Source of the DNA: Pseudomonadota bacterium
GTDB lineage: Bacteria; Pseudomonadota; Gammaproteobacteria; Acidiferrobacterales; UBA6901
Reading direction: 5' to 3'
DNA: 64,000 nucleotides
Assembly: GCA_021778035.1 (NCBI GenBank)
Contig: JAJYCY010000008.1
Span: forward strand, 612-64,611
This document shows, in pieces, positions 48,776 to 57,556 of this stretch. The notes beneath the pieces were generated by a model. That model was given only the letters and a program-made list of their open reading frames with translations, was not told where the DNA came from and did not search any database. The stretch's first letter is position 1. Every line of letters starts with the position of its first letter. The translations under genes were made by a program, and so were the position numbers.

Positions 48776-50098
48776 ATGAACAAGAACAACGCAGATTTGT
48801 ACCAGATATCATCAGCTTATGACGGTCTTGAGTCTCCGGGCTATGGCGCCCGTCCAGACTACTTCCGTGAACGCGCATTTTCAGGACGTCCCGCTTCGCG
48901 GGCAGACCGGCAGATCCTGCGGTGGTTGTTGAAGGCTGCGGGAAATCCACCAGTCCGGTTTCTCCTCTGGAACGGCGAGGAAGTGGGGGACGATGCCGTG
49001 ACGCCGGTAGCGCGGATATTCCTGGCCGACCGCGCGGCACTGCTGCGTCTGGCCATCAATCCCGATCTGAATTTCGGCGACTGCTACAGTTCGGGGCGCA
49101 TCGAGATCGATGGCCACCTCGTGCAGTTCCTTGAGACCATCTACAGGGCATCGGCGTGCCTGCCGGCAGGCAGCCTGAAGCAGCGCCTGATGTCGCGCAG
49201 CGGGCATGCACGTTCCAACTCGCTTGTGGGGTCGCGCGACAACATCCACAGCCACTATGACATCGGCAACGAGTTCTACCGCCTGTGGCTTGATGAGCAA
49301 ATGGTGTATACCTGTGCCTATTTTGGCGATGCCTCCATGACACTCGAGCAGGCGCAGGTCGCCAAGATGGATCATGTTTGCCGCAAGCTGCGCCTGAAGC
49401 CGGGCGAGACCGTGGTCGAAGCGGGCTGTGGCTGGGGGTCGCTCGCCCGCCACATGGCGCGGCATTACGGCGTGAAGGTCAGGGCCTACAATATTTCCCA
49501 CGAACAGGTCATCTATGCACGGGAGCGGGCGAAAGCCGAGGGCCTTGACGGATCTGTGGAGTACATCGAGGACGATTATCGCAACATCGCGGGCGACTTC
49601 GATGCGTTTGTGTCGGTGGGTATGCTGGAGCACGTGGGTGTCGACCATTACCCGGAGCTGGGCGAGGTGATTCACCGCTGCCTGAAGGACAGTGGTCGCG
49701 GGCTCATTCATTCGATCGGCCGCAATCGCGCGAAACCCATGAATGCCTGGATTGAAAAACGCATCTTTCCGGGCGCCTATCCGCCGACCCTTGCCGAAAT
49801 GATGCAGATCCTGGAACCCCAGGAATTCTCGGTGCTGGACGTGGAGAACCTCCGTCTGCATTACGCACGCACCCTCGAGCACTGGCTGTGGAGATTCGAG
49901 AAGGCCTCCGACCGCATTATGGCGATGTTTGACATGGACTTCGTGCGTGCGTGGCGGCTTTATCTTGCGGGATCCATGGCGGCATTCCGGGCAAGTGACA
50001 TGCAGTTGTTCCAGCTGGTTTTTGCCCTTCGGAACAATAATGACGTTCCCTGGACCCGGGATCACATCTATCTCTGGCAGGGACAGCCGGAGGCCTGA
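48776..50098 (+). CDS. Cyclopropane-fatty-acyl-phospholipid synthase-family SAM-dependent methyltransferase
   Basis: SAM motif VVEAGCGWGSLARHMA. CFA/mycolic-acid-synthase-like core HYDIGNEFYRLWLDEQMVYTCAYF. 440 aa. Confidence 0.85.
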   Translation: MNKNNADLYQISSAYDGLESPGYGARPDYFRERAFSGRPASRADRQILRWLLKAAGNPPVRFLLWNGEEVGDDAVTPVARIFLADRAALLRLAINPDLNFGDCYSSGRIEIDGHLVQFLETIYRASACLPAGSLKQRLMSRSGHARSNSLVGSRDNIHSHYDIGNEFYRLWLDEQMVYTCAYFGDASMTLEQAQVAKMDHVCRKLRLKPGETVVEAGCGWGSLARHMARHYGVKVRAYNISHEQVIYARERAKAEGLDGSVEYIEDDYRNIAGDFDAFVSVGMLEHVGVDHYPELGEVIHRCLKDSGRGLIHSIGRNRAKPMNAWIEKRIFPGAYPPTLAEMMQILEPQEFSVLDVENLRLHYARTLEHWLWRFEKASDRIMAMFDMDFVRAWRLYLAGSMAAFRASDMQLFQLVFALRNNNDVPWTRDHIYLWQGQPEA

Positions 50099-50101
50099 AA
50101 T

Positions 50102-51118
50102 TTGGAAACCTGCGAAGTGCTGATTGTCGGTGGCGGGCCCGCCGGCTCCAGCTGTGGCTGGAAGCTGGCGCGTCACGGGGTGGACTGCCGGCTGCTCGAT
50201 GCCCAGAGTTTTCCGCGCACCAAGCTGTGCGCCGGCTGGATCACTCCTGAAGTGGTGCGTGATCTGGAAATCGACATCGACGCCTACCCGCACCGGTTTC
50301 TTACCTTCGACGGCCTTTACATCGGTCTCCTCGGTCTGCAGTTCCGTCTGGATGGCGTACAGCACTCGATCCGCCGTTACGAGTTCGATGACTGGCTGCT
50401 CAGCCGTTCAGGGGTGGCGGTGGAGACCCATAACGTGCGCGACATCCGGAAAGACGGAAGCTGGTACGTGATCGACGACCGCTACCGGGCCCGCTATCTG
50501 GTCGGTGCCGGCGGGACCAAGTGTCCGGTGTACCGGAATCTGTTCCGCGCGGCGAACCCGCGTGCCAAGGAACTGCAGACGGTAACTCTCGAGCAGGAGT
50601 TTCCGTATGAGTACCGCGATGGTGCCTGTCACCTCTGGTTTTTCGAACGCGGTTTCCCCGGATACTCCTGGTATGTCCCGAAAGCCAAGGGATACCTTAA
50701 CGTCGGTATCGGAGGGATGGCGAGCCGTCTGAAGTTCCGTGGCGAGGACATCTGGAGCCACTGGGAGCATCTCGTGCAGCGCCTGAAGCGCCAGGGCATG
50801 CTCCATGATGGCGGCCTCGAGCCGAGGGGCTACAGCTATTACCTGCGCTCGGATGTGCGTGTTGGTCGCGTGGACAACGCGTTCATTGTCGGCGATTCGG
50901 CCGGACTGGCAACCCGCGATCTCTGCGAGGGCATCGGGCCTGCGGTGCGCAGCGGGCTGATGGCCGCAGACGCGATTCTTACAGGTGCGGACTACGTCCT
51001 GGACACCCTGCCCCGGTTTACCAGCGACAATGGTCTCGTGCGCCGGGGGCTGGAATTCATGTTCATCGAACGCGAGCGCAAGCGGCTCGCCCGCCTGGAT
51101 CCTGCTGCGGTACCCTGA
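50102..51118 (+). CDS. FAD-dependent oxidoreductase (geranylgeranyl-reductase-like)
   Basis: Dinucleotide fold [24 protein letters not shown] start 3 nt after the methyltransferase stop. Second flavin motif [19 protein letters not shown]. Confidence 0.75.
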   Translation: METCEVLIVGGGPAGSSCGWKLARHGVDCRLLDAQSFPRTKLCAGWITPEVVRDLEIDIDAYPHRFLTFDGLYIGLLGLQFRLDGVQHSIRRYEFDDWLLSRSGVAVETHNVRDIRKDGSWYVIDDRYRARYLVGAGGTKCPVYRNLFRAANPRAKELQTVTLEQEFPYEYRDGACHLWFFERGFPGYSWYVPKAKGYLNVGIGGMASRLKFRGEDIWSHWEHLVQRLKRQGMLHDGGLEPRGYSYYLRSDVRVGRVDNAFIVGDSAGLATRDLCEGIGPAVRSGLMAADAILTGADYVLDTLPRFTSDNGLVRRGLEFMFIERERKRLARLDPAAVP

Positions 51119-51176
51119 CCGCGATGCCGGGCGGGACGGGAGATCAGAGGGCACGGAATCCCGTGGAACACGGCAA

Positions 51177-51497
51177 TCAGGGCGCCGGAAAGACGGCGAA
51201 AGCGCCTGCCGCAGGTCCCGGGATCTGGGAATCCCGCACCGTGCTCGGGGTGTGTCCGATGTGGGCGCGGCAACGGTCCTCGTCACAGACCGTGTCCCGC
51301 ATGGGGTGCAGGCGGTTCTCGATGGGCCCGTGTTCCCGGTTCCGGGCGAGGAACGGTGCGGGACAGGCCTGTGCCCGCAACTGGCTGGCGATGAGCAGAT
51401 CTGCCCGAGCATTCTTTATCTGCTGCCGGACCTCGAAGACCTCCCGCTTCGTGCAAGCGACCCGGGCCCCATAGGCAACAGCCGTCGGACAGGACAT
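51177..51497 (-). CDS. Possible small Cys-containing hypothetical protein (106 aa)
   Basis: Lies in an otherwise empty 434-bp gap. In this frame GC3 is about 78% by my count. Translation: [82 protein letters not shown].... No convincing SD, and the start overlaps the predicted ygiQ -35 box. Confidence 0.3.
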   Translation of the reverse strand: MSCPTAVAYGARVACTKREVFEVRQQIKNARADLLIASQLRAQACPAPFLARNREHGPIENRLHPMRDTVCDEDRCRAHIGHTPSTVRDSQIPGPAAGAFAVFPAP

Positions 51498-51520
51498 GGC
51501 CGCGCCGGGCGCGCTATAAT
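51491..51520 (+). promoter_or_regulatory. Predicted sigma70 promoter of ygiQ
   Basis: AGGACA (51491-51496), an 18-nt spacer, then a perfect TATAAT (51515-51520), 31 nt before ATG 51552. Confidence 0.4.
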
Positions 51521-51551
51521 TACCTGTTCCACCAGCAGGTTTACGCATGTC

Positions 51552-53825
51552 ATGTCTTCCGCTCCTGACCTGTTTTCATACCGCAAGTACTGGGCCGCAC
51601 GCTTCGGCGCGGCGACAGTGCTTCCGATGTCGCGTGCTGAAATGGACCAGCTCGGGTGGGACTGCTGCGACATTATCATCGTCACCGGGGATGCCTATGT
51701 CGATCATCCCAGTTTCGGCATGGCGATCATCGGGCGCCTGCTCGAGGCGCAGGGTTTCCGGGTCGGGATAATCTCGCAGCCGGACTGGCGCAACCGGGAT
51801 GCCTTTGCGTCCCTCGGCGAGCCCAGGCTGTTTTTCGGAATTACCGCCGGCAACATGGATTCAATGGTGAACCGCTACACGGCGGACCGCCGGCTGCGTT
51901 CCGATGATGCCTATTCACCGGGCGGCCAGGGAGGACGGCGGCCGGATCGTGCCGTCATTGCGTACACCCAGCGGGTACGAGAGGCATTCGCTGGAGTGCC
52001 GGTCATCATCGGGGGCATAGAGGCCAGCCTGCGCCGGGTGGCGCATTACGATTACTGGTCAGACAAGGTGCGCCGGTCGATACTCCTCGACTCGAAGGCG
52101 GACATGCTGGTTTATGGAAACGGTGAACGGCAGATTGTCGAGATCGCGCACCGGATCGCGGCTGGAGAGCGGATCGGCGACATTACCGATGTCCGGGGTA
52201 CCGCATTCCTGCGCAAGGGCACACCTGACGGCTGGACCGAGATCGATTCACGCCGCATTGATGTGCCCGGTACTGCGGATGCCCTGCCGAATCCCTACGC
52301 CGCGGAGGTCCCGCAAGGTCCTTCCTCCCCGAATTGCGCACCGGTAGCGCCCGTTGTGGTGCACCCGCGGCGCGATCCCGTTCCGCCGGACAGACTTCAC
52401 AGCGTGATCAGGTTGCCCGGGTTCGAAGAGGTTGCTGACGACCCGGTCCTCTATGCGCATGCGTCGCGGGTGGTGCATGTCGAATCCAATCCTGGCAATG
52501 CACGGCCACTGGTGCAGCGTCATGGAGACCGCGATCTGTGGCTCAATCCGCCAGCGCTGCCGCTTTCGACGCGCGAAATGGATCGTGTGTACGAACTTCC
52601 GTATGTGCGGCGGCCCCACCCGGACTACGTGGATCAGCGGATTCCGGCCTACGAGATGATCCGTTTCTCCATCACCATACAGCGCGGCTGTTTCGGCGGG
52701 TGCACCTTCTGCTCGATCACCGAGCATGAAGGCCGGGTGATCCAGAGCCGCTCGGAGGCATCGGTGATCCGCGAGATCGAAACAGTGCGTGACGTGGTAC
52801 CGGGATTCACCGGCATCATCTCCGATCTCGGAGGCCCGACTGCCAACATGTACCGCCTGCATTGCCGCAGCCATGAAATAGAATCCGCGTGCCGCAGACC
52901 GTCGTGCGTATACCCCGCGATCTGCAGCAATCTGGAAACGGATCATTCGGCGCTTATCCGTCTCTACCGGCGGGCGCGCGCCGTCGCCGGAGTCAAGAAG
53001 GTTCTGATCGCATCGGGTGTGCGTTACGACCTGGCGATAGAGTCTCCGGAATATGTAAAGGAACTGGTGAGCCATCATGTAGGGGGTTATCTGAAGATTG
53101 CCCCAGAGCATCTGTGCGAAGGACCGCTCAGCAAGATGATGAAGCCGGGCATGGGATCCTATGACCGGTTCAAGGAACTGTTCGACCGGTTTTCGAAAGA
53201 AGCGGGGAAGGAACAGTACCTCATTCCCTATTTCATTGCGGCTCATCCCGGGACGACAGACCAGGACATGCTGGAGCTTGCGCTCTGGCTCAAGCGCAAT
53301 GGCTTCCGCGCAGACCAGGTGCAGGCCTTTCTCCCGTCGCCGATGGCCACCGCCACGGCCATGTATCATTCGGGCAGGAACCCGCTGCGCAAGGTGACGC
53401 GCACGAGCGAGACGGTGGTGGTACCGAAAGGACTGAGGGCACGCCGCCTGCACAAGGCGTTTCTGCGCTACCATGATCCGGCAAACTGGCCGCTGCTGCG
53501 CGAGGCATTGCGGCGCATGCAGCGTACCGACCTCATCGGCAGCGGCAAGCACCAGCTGGTTCCTGCGTTCCAGCCGCCGGCTGCCGTGCCGGAAACCGCG
53601 GTATCGAGGCAGCACAACCGGACGCCTCGCCGTTCGGGTCCGGACGCCAGAGGACTCGAAAACCGGCCGGCTGGGGGCGGGCAGAGGCGCCGCGCCGGCA
53701 AGGGCGGCCAGTTTTCGACCCTGCATGTGCGGACCATGCCGCGGACCGCCCGCGGTCCCGCGGGAAAGCCGCTTACCGGTCTTAATCCGGGCAGCCCCAC
53801 CGGGCGTGGCAAGCGCAGATCCTGA
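51552..53825 (+). CDS. ygiQ: YgiQ-family radical SAM protein (UPF0313)
   Basis: ORF 50985..53825 trimmed to ATG 51552 ([19 protein letters not shown]...[25 protein letters not shown]). Radical-SAM cluster CFGGCTFCS. Long basic C-terminal tail. Confidence 0.9.
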   Translation: MSSAPDLFSYRKYWAARFGAATVLPMSRAEMDQLGWDCCDIIIVTGDAYVDHPSFGMAIIGRLLEAQGFRVGIISQPDWRNRDAFASLGEPRLFFGITAGNMDSMVNRYTADRRLRSDDAYSPGGQGGRRPDRAVIAYTQRVREAFAGVPVIIGGIEASLRRVAHYDYWSDKVRRSILLDSKADMLVYGNGERQIVEIAHRIAAGERIGDITDVRGTAFLRKGTPDGWTEIDSRRIDVPGTADALPNPYAAEVPQGPSSPNCAPVAPVVVHPRRDPVPPDRLHSVIRLPGFEEVADDPVLYAHASRVVHVESNPGNARPLVQRHGDRDLWLNPPALPLSTREMDRVYELPYVRRPHPDYVDQRIPAYEMIRFSITIQRGCFGGCTFCSITEHEGRVIQSRSEASVIREIETVRDVVPGFTGIISDLGGPTANMYRLHCRSHEIESACRRPSCVYPAICSNLETDHSALIRLYRRARAVAGVKKVLIASGVRYDLAIESPEYVKELVSHHVGGYLKIAPEHLCEGPLSKMMKPGMGSYDRFKELFDRFSKEAGKEQYLIPYFIAAHPGTTDQDMLELALWLKRNGFRADQVQAFLPSPMATATAMYHSGRNPLRKVTRTSETVVVPKGLRARRLHKAFLRYHDPANWPLLREALRRMQRTDLIGSGKHQLVPAFQPPAAVPETAVSRQHNRTPRRSGPDARGLENRPAGGGQRRRAGKGGQFSTLHVRTMPRTARGPAGKPLTGLNPGSPTGRGKRRS

Positions 53826-53884
53826 CGCATCGGCCCGGAACGGGTTGCGCCGGAATCGGGCGCAGACCCCATAGCTGGCCGACC

Positions 53885-53898
53885 GGTGGGCGGAATCA
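53885..53898 (+). promoter_or_regulatory. 14-nt motif GGTGGGCGGAATCA upstream of the XRE gene (copy 1 of 2)
   Basis: 12/14 identical to GGCGGGCGGATTCA, read on the minus strand at 54921-54908 upstream of the small acidic ORF. The orientation relative to each downstream gene is the same. Confidence 0.3.
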
Positions 53899-53970
53899 CC
53901 TCAGCAAGGGTGCAATCCGTTCCATATGCTGTGTCGACGGACTCCCGGGTTCCCCGATACAGTGTCCTGC

Positions 53971-54240
53971 ATGGAACGAGGGACCAGGAAACTGCTGGCC
54001 AGGCGAGTTCGCCTGCTGCGTGTCGGACGCGGCTGGTCGCAGGAGGCGCTGGCCGCAGCGAGCGGTCTGCACCGCAATTATATCGGCCACGTCGAGCGTT
54101 CGGAACTGAACGTGGGTCTTGATAATCTTGAAAAAATCGCTTTGGCGCTGGGCGTGTCGCTGTGCACGCTACTTGAGCCCGACGAGGCCAGTCTCGGTGA
54201 TTTTATGGCGGATGCGGGGGGAGAGGGGCATGGCCAGTAA
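53971..54240 (+). CDS. XRE-family helix-turn-helix transcriptional regulator
   Basis: Trimmed to ATG 53971. HTH_3-type sequence LLARRVRLLRVGRGWSQEALAAASGLHRNYIGHVERSELNVGLDNLEKIALALGVSLCTLL. Confidence 0.8.
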   Translation: MERGTRKLLARRVRLLRVGRGWSQEALAAASGLHRNYIGHVERSELNVGLDNLEKIALALGVSLCTLLEPDEASLGDFMADAGGEGHGQ

Positions 54241-54252
54241 GGGAGCAGCGTA

Positions 54253-54462
54253 GTGCTGATTCTTTCCCGCCGGCCGGGGGAGGCCGTGCATATCCTGCCC
54301 GGGCCCCGTTTAAGTCCGGACATGCCGGTCAGTGTGCTATTCGGACCCGTGCCGATAGAAATCATCGTGACCCGGGTGCTCGGGAAGGAAGTCCGCCTGG
54401 GAATCAGCGCCCATCCGGAGCTGGTTGTGCTGCGGCGTGAGCTGGTGCGGTCCGGAACGTAA
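54253..54462 (+). CDS. CsrA/RsmA-family RNA-binding protein with ~18-20-aa Pro-rich internal insertion
   Basis: GTG start 12 nt after the XRE stop, with SD AAGGGAG 7 nt upstream. MLILSRRPGEAVHI ... IEIIVTRVLGKEVRLGISAHPELVVLRRELV aligns by eye with E. coli CsrA MLILTRRVGETLMI / [31 protein letters not shown]. Confidence 0.75.
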   Translation: MLILSRRPGEAVHILPGPRLSPDMPVSVLFGPVPIEIIVTRVLGKEVRLGISAHPELVVLRRELVRSGT

Positions 54463-54561
54463 TGTGGCGGCGCATCCGGCTTCTCTGGCCGGGCTGAAGC
54501 CTGACCCTGTCCGCAAGCGTGGCCCGGACACGCCCAGCCTCCTGTCTGGTTGACGTTGATG

Positions 54562-54610
54562 TGCGGCGCCGGGACCAGGTTCCTGGGTGGTTACTCCCGA
54601 CGCCGCATTT
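54562..54610 (+). terminator. Long GC-rich hairpin between the convergent CsrA-like and small-ORF genes (possible intrinsic terminator)
   Basis: TGCGGCGCCGGG (54562-54573) pairs with CCCGACGCCGCA (54596-54607) in 11 of 12 positions. The loop holds an inner palindrome CCAGGTTCCTGG. The hairpin is followed by TTTGTG on the plus strand. Confidence 0.4.
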
Positions 54611-54649
54611 GTGACACCTTGAATTTCCTGTGCCGGTGCGGACCGGCAG

Positions 54650-54877
54650 CTACTGGAGCAGTCTGGTGGTGGCTGGCTGCACCTGTTCCAGGGTCATCTT
54701 GGCGAGCTGTTCCAGCGTAGCCGTATCGGGGATTTCCTGGATATTGGTGAACCAGACATTTTCAACGTGGCAGTCATCATCATCCGATTCCGCGATGACC
54801 AGAGGGCGCCCGATGAAGACGCCCCGTTGTCCGTTTTCCAGATCGATGATGACCATCTGCAGCGGCAACATTTTCAT
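54650..54877 (-). CDS. Small acidic hypothetical protein (75 aa)
   Basis: Strong SD GGAGG 7 nt upstream of ATG 54877. Translation: MKMLPLQMVIIDLENGQRGVFIGRPLVIAESDDDDCHVENVWFTNIQEIPDTATLEQLAKMTLEQVQPATTRLLQ. Codons are visibly more A/T-rich than in neighbouring genes. Confidence 0.6.
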   Translation of the reverse strand: MKMLPLQMVIIDLENGQRGVFIGRPLVIAESDDDDCHVENVWFTNIQEIPDTATLEQLAKMTLEQVQPATTRLLQ

Positions 54878-54907
54878 GGCACGACCTCCGGATCAGGGTG
54901 CACGTTA

Positions 54908-54921
54908 TGAATCCGCCCGCC
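54908..54921 (-). promoter_or_regulatory. 14-nt motif GGCGGGCGGATTCA upstream of the small acidic ORF (copy 2 of 2)
   Basis: Minus-strand reading of tgaatccgcccgcc (54908-54921), 31-44 nt upstream of ATG 54877. It is the partner of the site at 53885-53898. Confidence 0.3.
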
Positions 54922-55091
54922 GCGGACCGCAAGACCAATGTCCGCCGGAAAACGGTGGTCCTGAATTCAATTAAAGCACAATTTGCGCCAGTGGCCAGTG
55001 AACACTGCCAGAGCCTCTGCACACCGACGGCGTTCCACGCTATGCTCGTTCACGTGATTCCGGACAGGACACCGATGCCGAACCAGATCCT

Positions 55092-56000
55092 TTGCGGCTG
55101 TCAGCCCCGCGGACCGGGCTGGTGGCTCACGCCCTGAAAAGCGCCAGCCGGCGCCTGCCTGCTGTCCAGGTGCATGGCGGCGCCGGCTGGCGTTTGCGTG
55201 CAATCCCGAAGGCTCTGCCCGGATGCCGCGATGCCGTGATGGCTGCGTGGGAAATCCTGCGGCATGGAGGCAGTGCGCTCGATGCAGCCGAAGCGGCCGT
55301 GATTGTTCTGGAAGATAATCCAGTGTTCAACGCCGGGACCGGATCGGTGCTCAATGCGGACGGCAGGATAGAGCTCGATGCGTCGATTATGGATGGCACC
55401 GGCATGCGGGCCGGTGCGGTCGCTGCCGTCCAACGCATCCGCAATCCGGTGTCTCTCGCACGCCGCCTGCTGGAGGACGGCCATCCCCTCATGTTGGTCG
55501 GCGATGGTGCAGTCCGCTACGCCAGGGATGTGGGGATTGCGCGCTGCAGCGAAGCATCGCTGGTCGTGCCACGGCAGCTCCGGCGATGGCAGCACGCGGC
55601 AGGGACGGTCGGTGCAGTCGCGGTGGATCTGCAGGGGCGGGTGGCAGCAGCGACCTCGACAGGCGGAAGCTCCGGCAAACTGCCCGGACGCGTCGGCGAT
55701 TCGCCGCTGATTGGCTGCGGCACATACGCGGCGCCGCCGGGCGCCGCATCCTGCACCGGTGCTGGCGAGGCAATCATACGTGTCGTGATGGGCAAGTCCG
55801 CCGTGGACCTGCTGCAGGGTGGGGCCAGTCCGCAGACAGCGGCTGCACGGGTGATTGCGCAGCTAGCGCGCGTCACCGGCGCGCAGGCCGGAGTGATTGT
55901 GGCCGACCGGTACGGCCGGCTCGGGCATGCGCACAATTCGCAAGCCATGCCAGTGTGCCTGGTAAGCGGCGTGCGCGGCCGGTTCGTTACGGATAGCTGA
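55092..56000 (+). CDS. iaaA: Isoaspartyl peptidase / L-asparaginase (Ntn hydrolase)
   Basis: VHGGAGW near the N-terminus. Autoproteolytic nucleophile context GTVGAVAVD. The start is uncertain (TTG 55092 or GTG 55122). Confidence 0.85.
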   Translation: MRLSAPRTGLVAHALKSASRRLPAVQVHGGAGWRLRAIPKALPGCRDAVMAAWEILRHGGSALDAAEAAVIVLEDNPVFNAGTGSVLNADGRIELDASIMDGTGMRAGAVAAVQRIRNPVSLARRLLEDGHPLMLVGDGAVRYARDVGIARCSEASLVVPRQLRRWQHAAGTVGAVAVDLQGRVAAATSTGGSSGKLPGRVGDSPLIGCGTYAAPPGAASCTGAGEAIIRVVMGKSAVDLLQGGASPQTAAARVIAQLARVTGAQAGVIVADRYGRLGHAHNSQAMPVCLVSGVRGRFVTDS

Positions 56001-56179
56001 TGGCCGGTGACCCGCCGGATTGTGCGGCGGCCCGCGCGTTACTGCCAGATGCCGGCATGAAGCGATCCACGCCCCCCGACCTGCACAGACTCCCGGCCCG
56101 GGCAGCGGTGGCGCGGGGCCTGCCGTGCCCCCTCCCGCCTTTTGCGCTACACTCGAAATCCCGGTTACCGGCACAGACC

Positions 56180-57556
56180 ATGGCCAGCAAGCTCTACATC
56201 AAGACATTCGGTTGCCAGATGAATGATTACGATTCTGCACGCATCGCCGATCTGCTGCGTGTGAGTCACGGCATGGAAATGGTCAGCGAACCTGAGCAGG
56301 CCGATGTGCTGCTGCTCAACACCTGCTCGGTCAGGGAAAAGGCCCAGGAAAAGGTTTTTACCCAGCTAGGATTCTGGAAGACACTCAAGCAGTCGCGGCC
56401 CGGGATCCTGATCGGAGTCGGCGGCTGTGTCGCCAGCCAGGAAGGGGAAGCGCTGCGTCGTCGTGCCCCCCAGGTGGATATCGTATTCGGACCTCAGACT
56501 CTGCACCGTCTGCCCGAGATGATCAGCACCGCATTGCACGGTGGTGCTCCGGCAGTGGATACATCCTTTCCGGAGATCGAGAAATTCGACCGTCTTCCGG
56601 AGCCGCGCCCTGACGGTGTGCGGGCGTTCGTCTCTGTCATGGAGGGCTGCAGCAAGTACTGCAGCTTCTGCGTGGTACCGTACACGCGCGGGGAGGAATT
56701 CAGCCGGCCCTTCGACGACGTGATCGCAGAAGTCGTGACACTGGCCGAGCAGGGGGTTCGGGAAGTCACCCTGCTCGGCCAGAACGTGAACGCCTACCGC
56801 GGGGCCCGGCACGATGGCGGTACGGTCGATCTGGCAGACCTGATCCGCTACGTTGCCGATATCGATGGCATCGAGCGTATCCGTTACATGACATCCCATC
56901 CGCTGGAGTTCGGCATGGAGCTTGTCCGGGCCCATGCCGAGGTGCCGCAGCTTGCCGCGCACGTGCACTTGCCGGTGCAGTGCGGTTCGGACCGCATCCT
57001 CGCGCTCATGAAGCGGGGCCATACCGTCGATGACTATCGCTCCCGGGTCGGGCGTCTGCGTGATGCCCGGGCGGACATCAGCATTACGAGTGACTTCATT
57101 GTCGGTTTTCCGGGAGAAACCGATGACGATTTCCGGCGCACGATGGATCTCATTGAAGAACTCGGGTTTGACCAGTCTTTCAGTTTTCTCTACAGTCCGC
57201 GGCCCGGCACTCCGGCCGCATTGCTGGATGACAATACGCCGGAATGGGTCAAGGCAGAACGTCTGCGCATCCTGCAGCAGCGCAATGAGGGGATGGCAGC
57301 GGCAATCAGCCGCGGGATGGTAGGGACGGTGCAGCGCATTCTCGTTGAAGGACCGGCGCGGCGCGACCCCGGCCAGCTGTGTGGTCGTACCGAAAACAAC
57401 CGTGTGGTGAATTTCAGGTCTGCAGACTCCGGCCTTGTCGGGCGTCTCGTCGACATGGAAATTACCGAGGCGATGCACTTTTCGCTGCGTGGCCGGATTG
57501 CCGGCAGCGCAGCCGCTGACCGAGCCGCTGCAGGCGGCCGGCGGACCGTGAATTGA
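56180..57556 (+). CDS. miaB: tRNA-2-methylthio-N6-dimethylallyladenosine synthase
   Basis: ORF 56000..57556 trimmed to ATG 56180 ([26 protein letters not shown]). Radical-SAM [11 protein letters not shown]. Confidence 0.95.
   Translation: MASKLYIKTFGCQMNDYDSARIADLLRVSHGMEMVSEPEQADVLLLNTCSVREKAQEKVFTQLGFWKTLKQSRPGILIGVGGCVASQEGEALRRRAPQVDIVFGPQTLHRLPEMISTALHGGAPAVDTSFPEIEKFDRLPEPRPDGVRAFVSVMEGCSKYCSFCVVPYTRGEEFSRPFDDVIAEVVTLAEQGVREVTLLGQNVNAYRGARHDGGTVDLADLIRYVADIDGIERIRYMTSHPLEFGMELVRAHAEVPQLAAHVHLPVQCGSDRILALMKRGHTVDDYRSRVGRLRDARADISITSDFIVGFPGETDDDFRRTMDLIEELGFDQSFSFLYSPRPGTPAALLDDNTPEWVKAERLRILQQRNEGMAAAISRGMVGTVQRILVEGPARRDPGQLCGRTENNRVVNFRSADSGLVGRLVDMEITEAMHFSLRGRIAGSAAADRAAAGGRRTVN

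Noticed and set aside
50985-51551. 5' extension of the ygiQ ORF (946 aa in the track) and the overlapping 334-aa minus ORF 50408-51412
   Set aside because: YgiQ homology begins at MSSAPDLF (ATG 51552), and a perfect TATAAT lies 31 nt upstream. The extension overlaps the FAD oxidoreductase gene and translates to low-complexity Arg/Gly sequence. The 334-aa ORF is antisense to that oxidoreductase.
53885-54921. The imperfect inverted repeats flanking the XRE/CsrA-like islet, considered as terminal repeats of a mobile element
   Set aside because: There is no transposase, integrase or recombinase inside or nearby, and I could see no target-site duplication. The repeats are only 12/14 identical. 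I report them as a shared upstream motif rather than as a mobile element.
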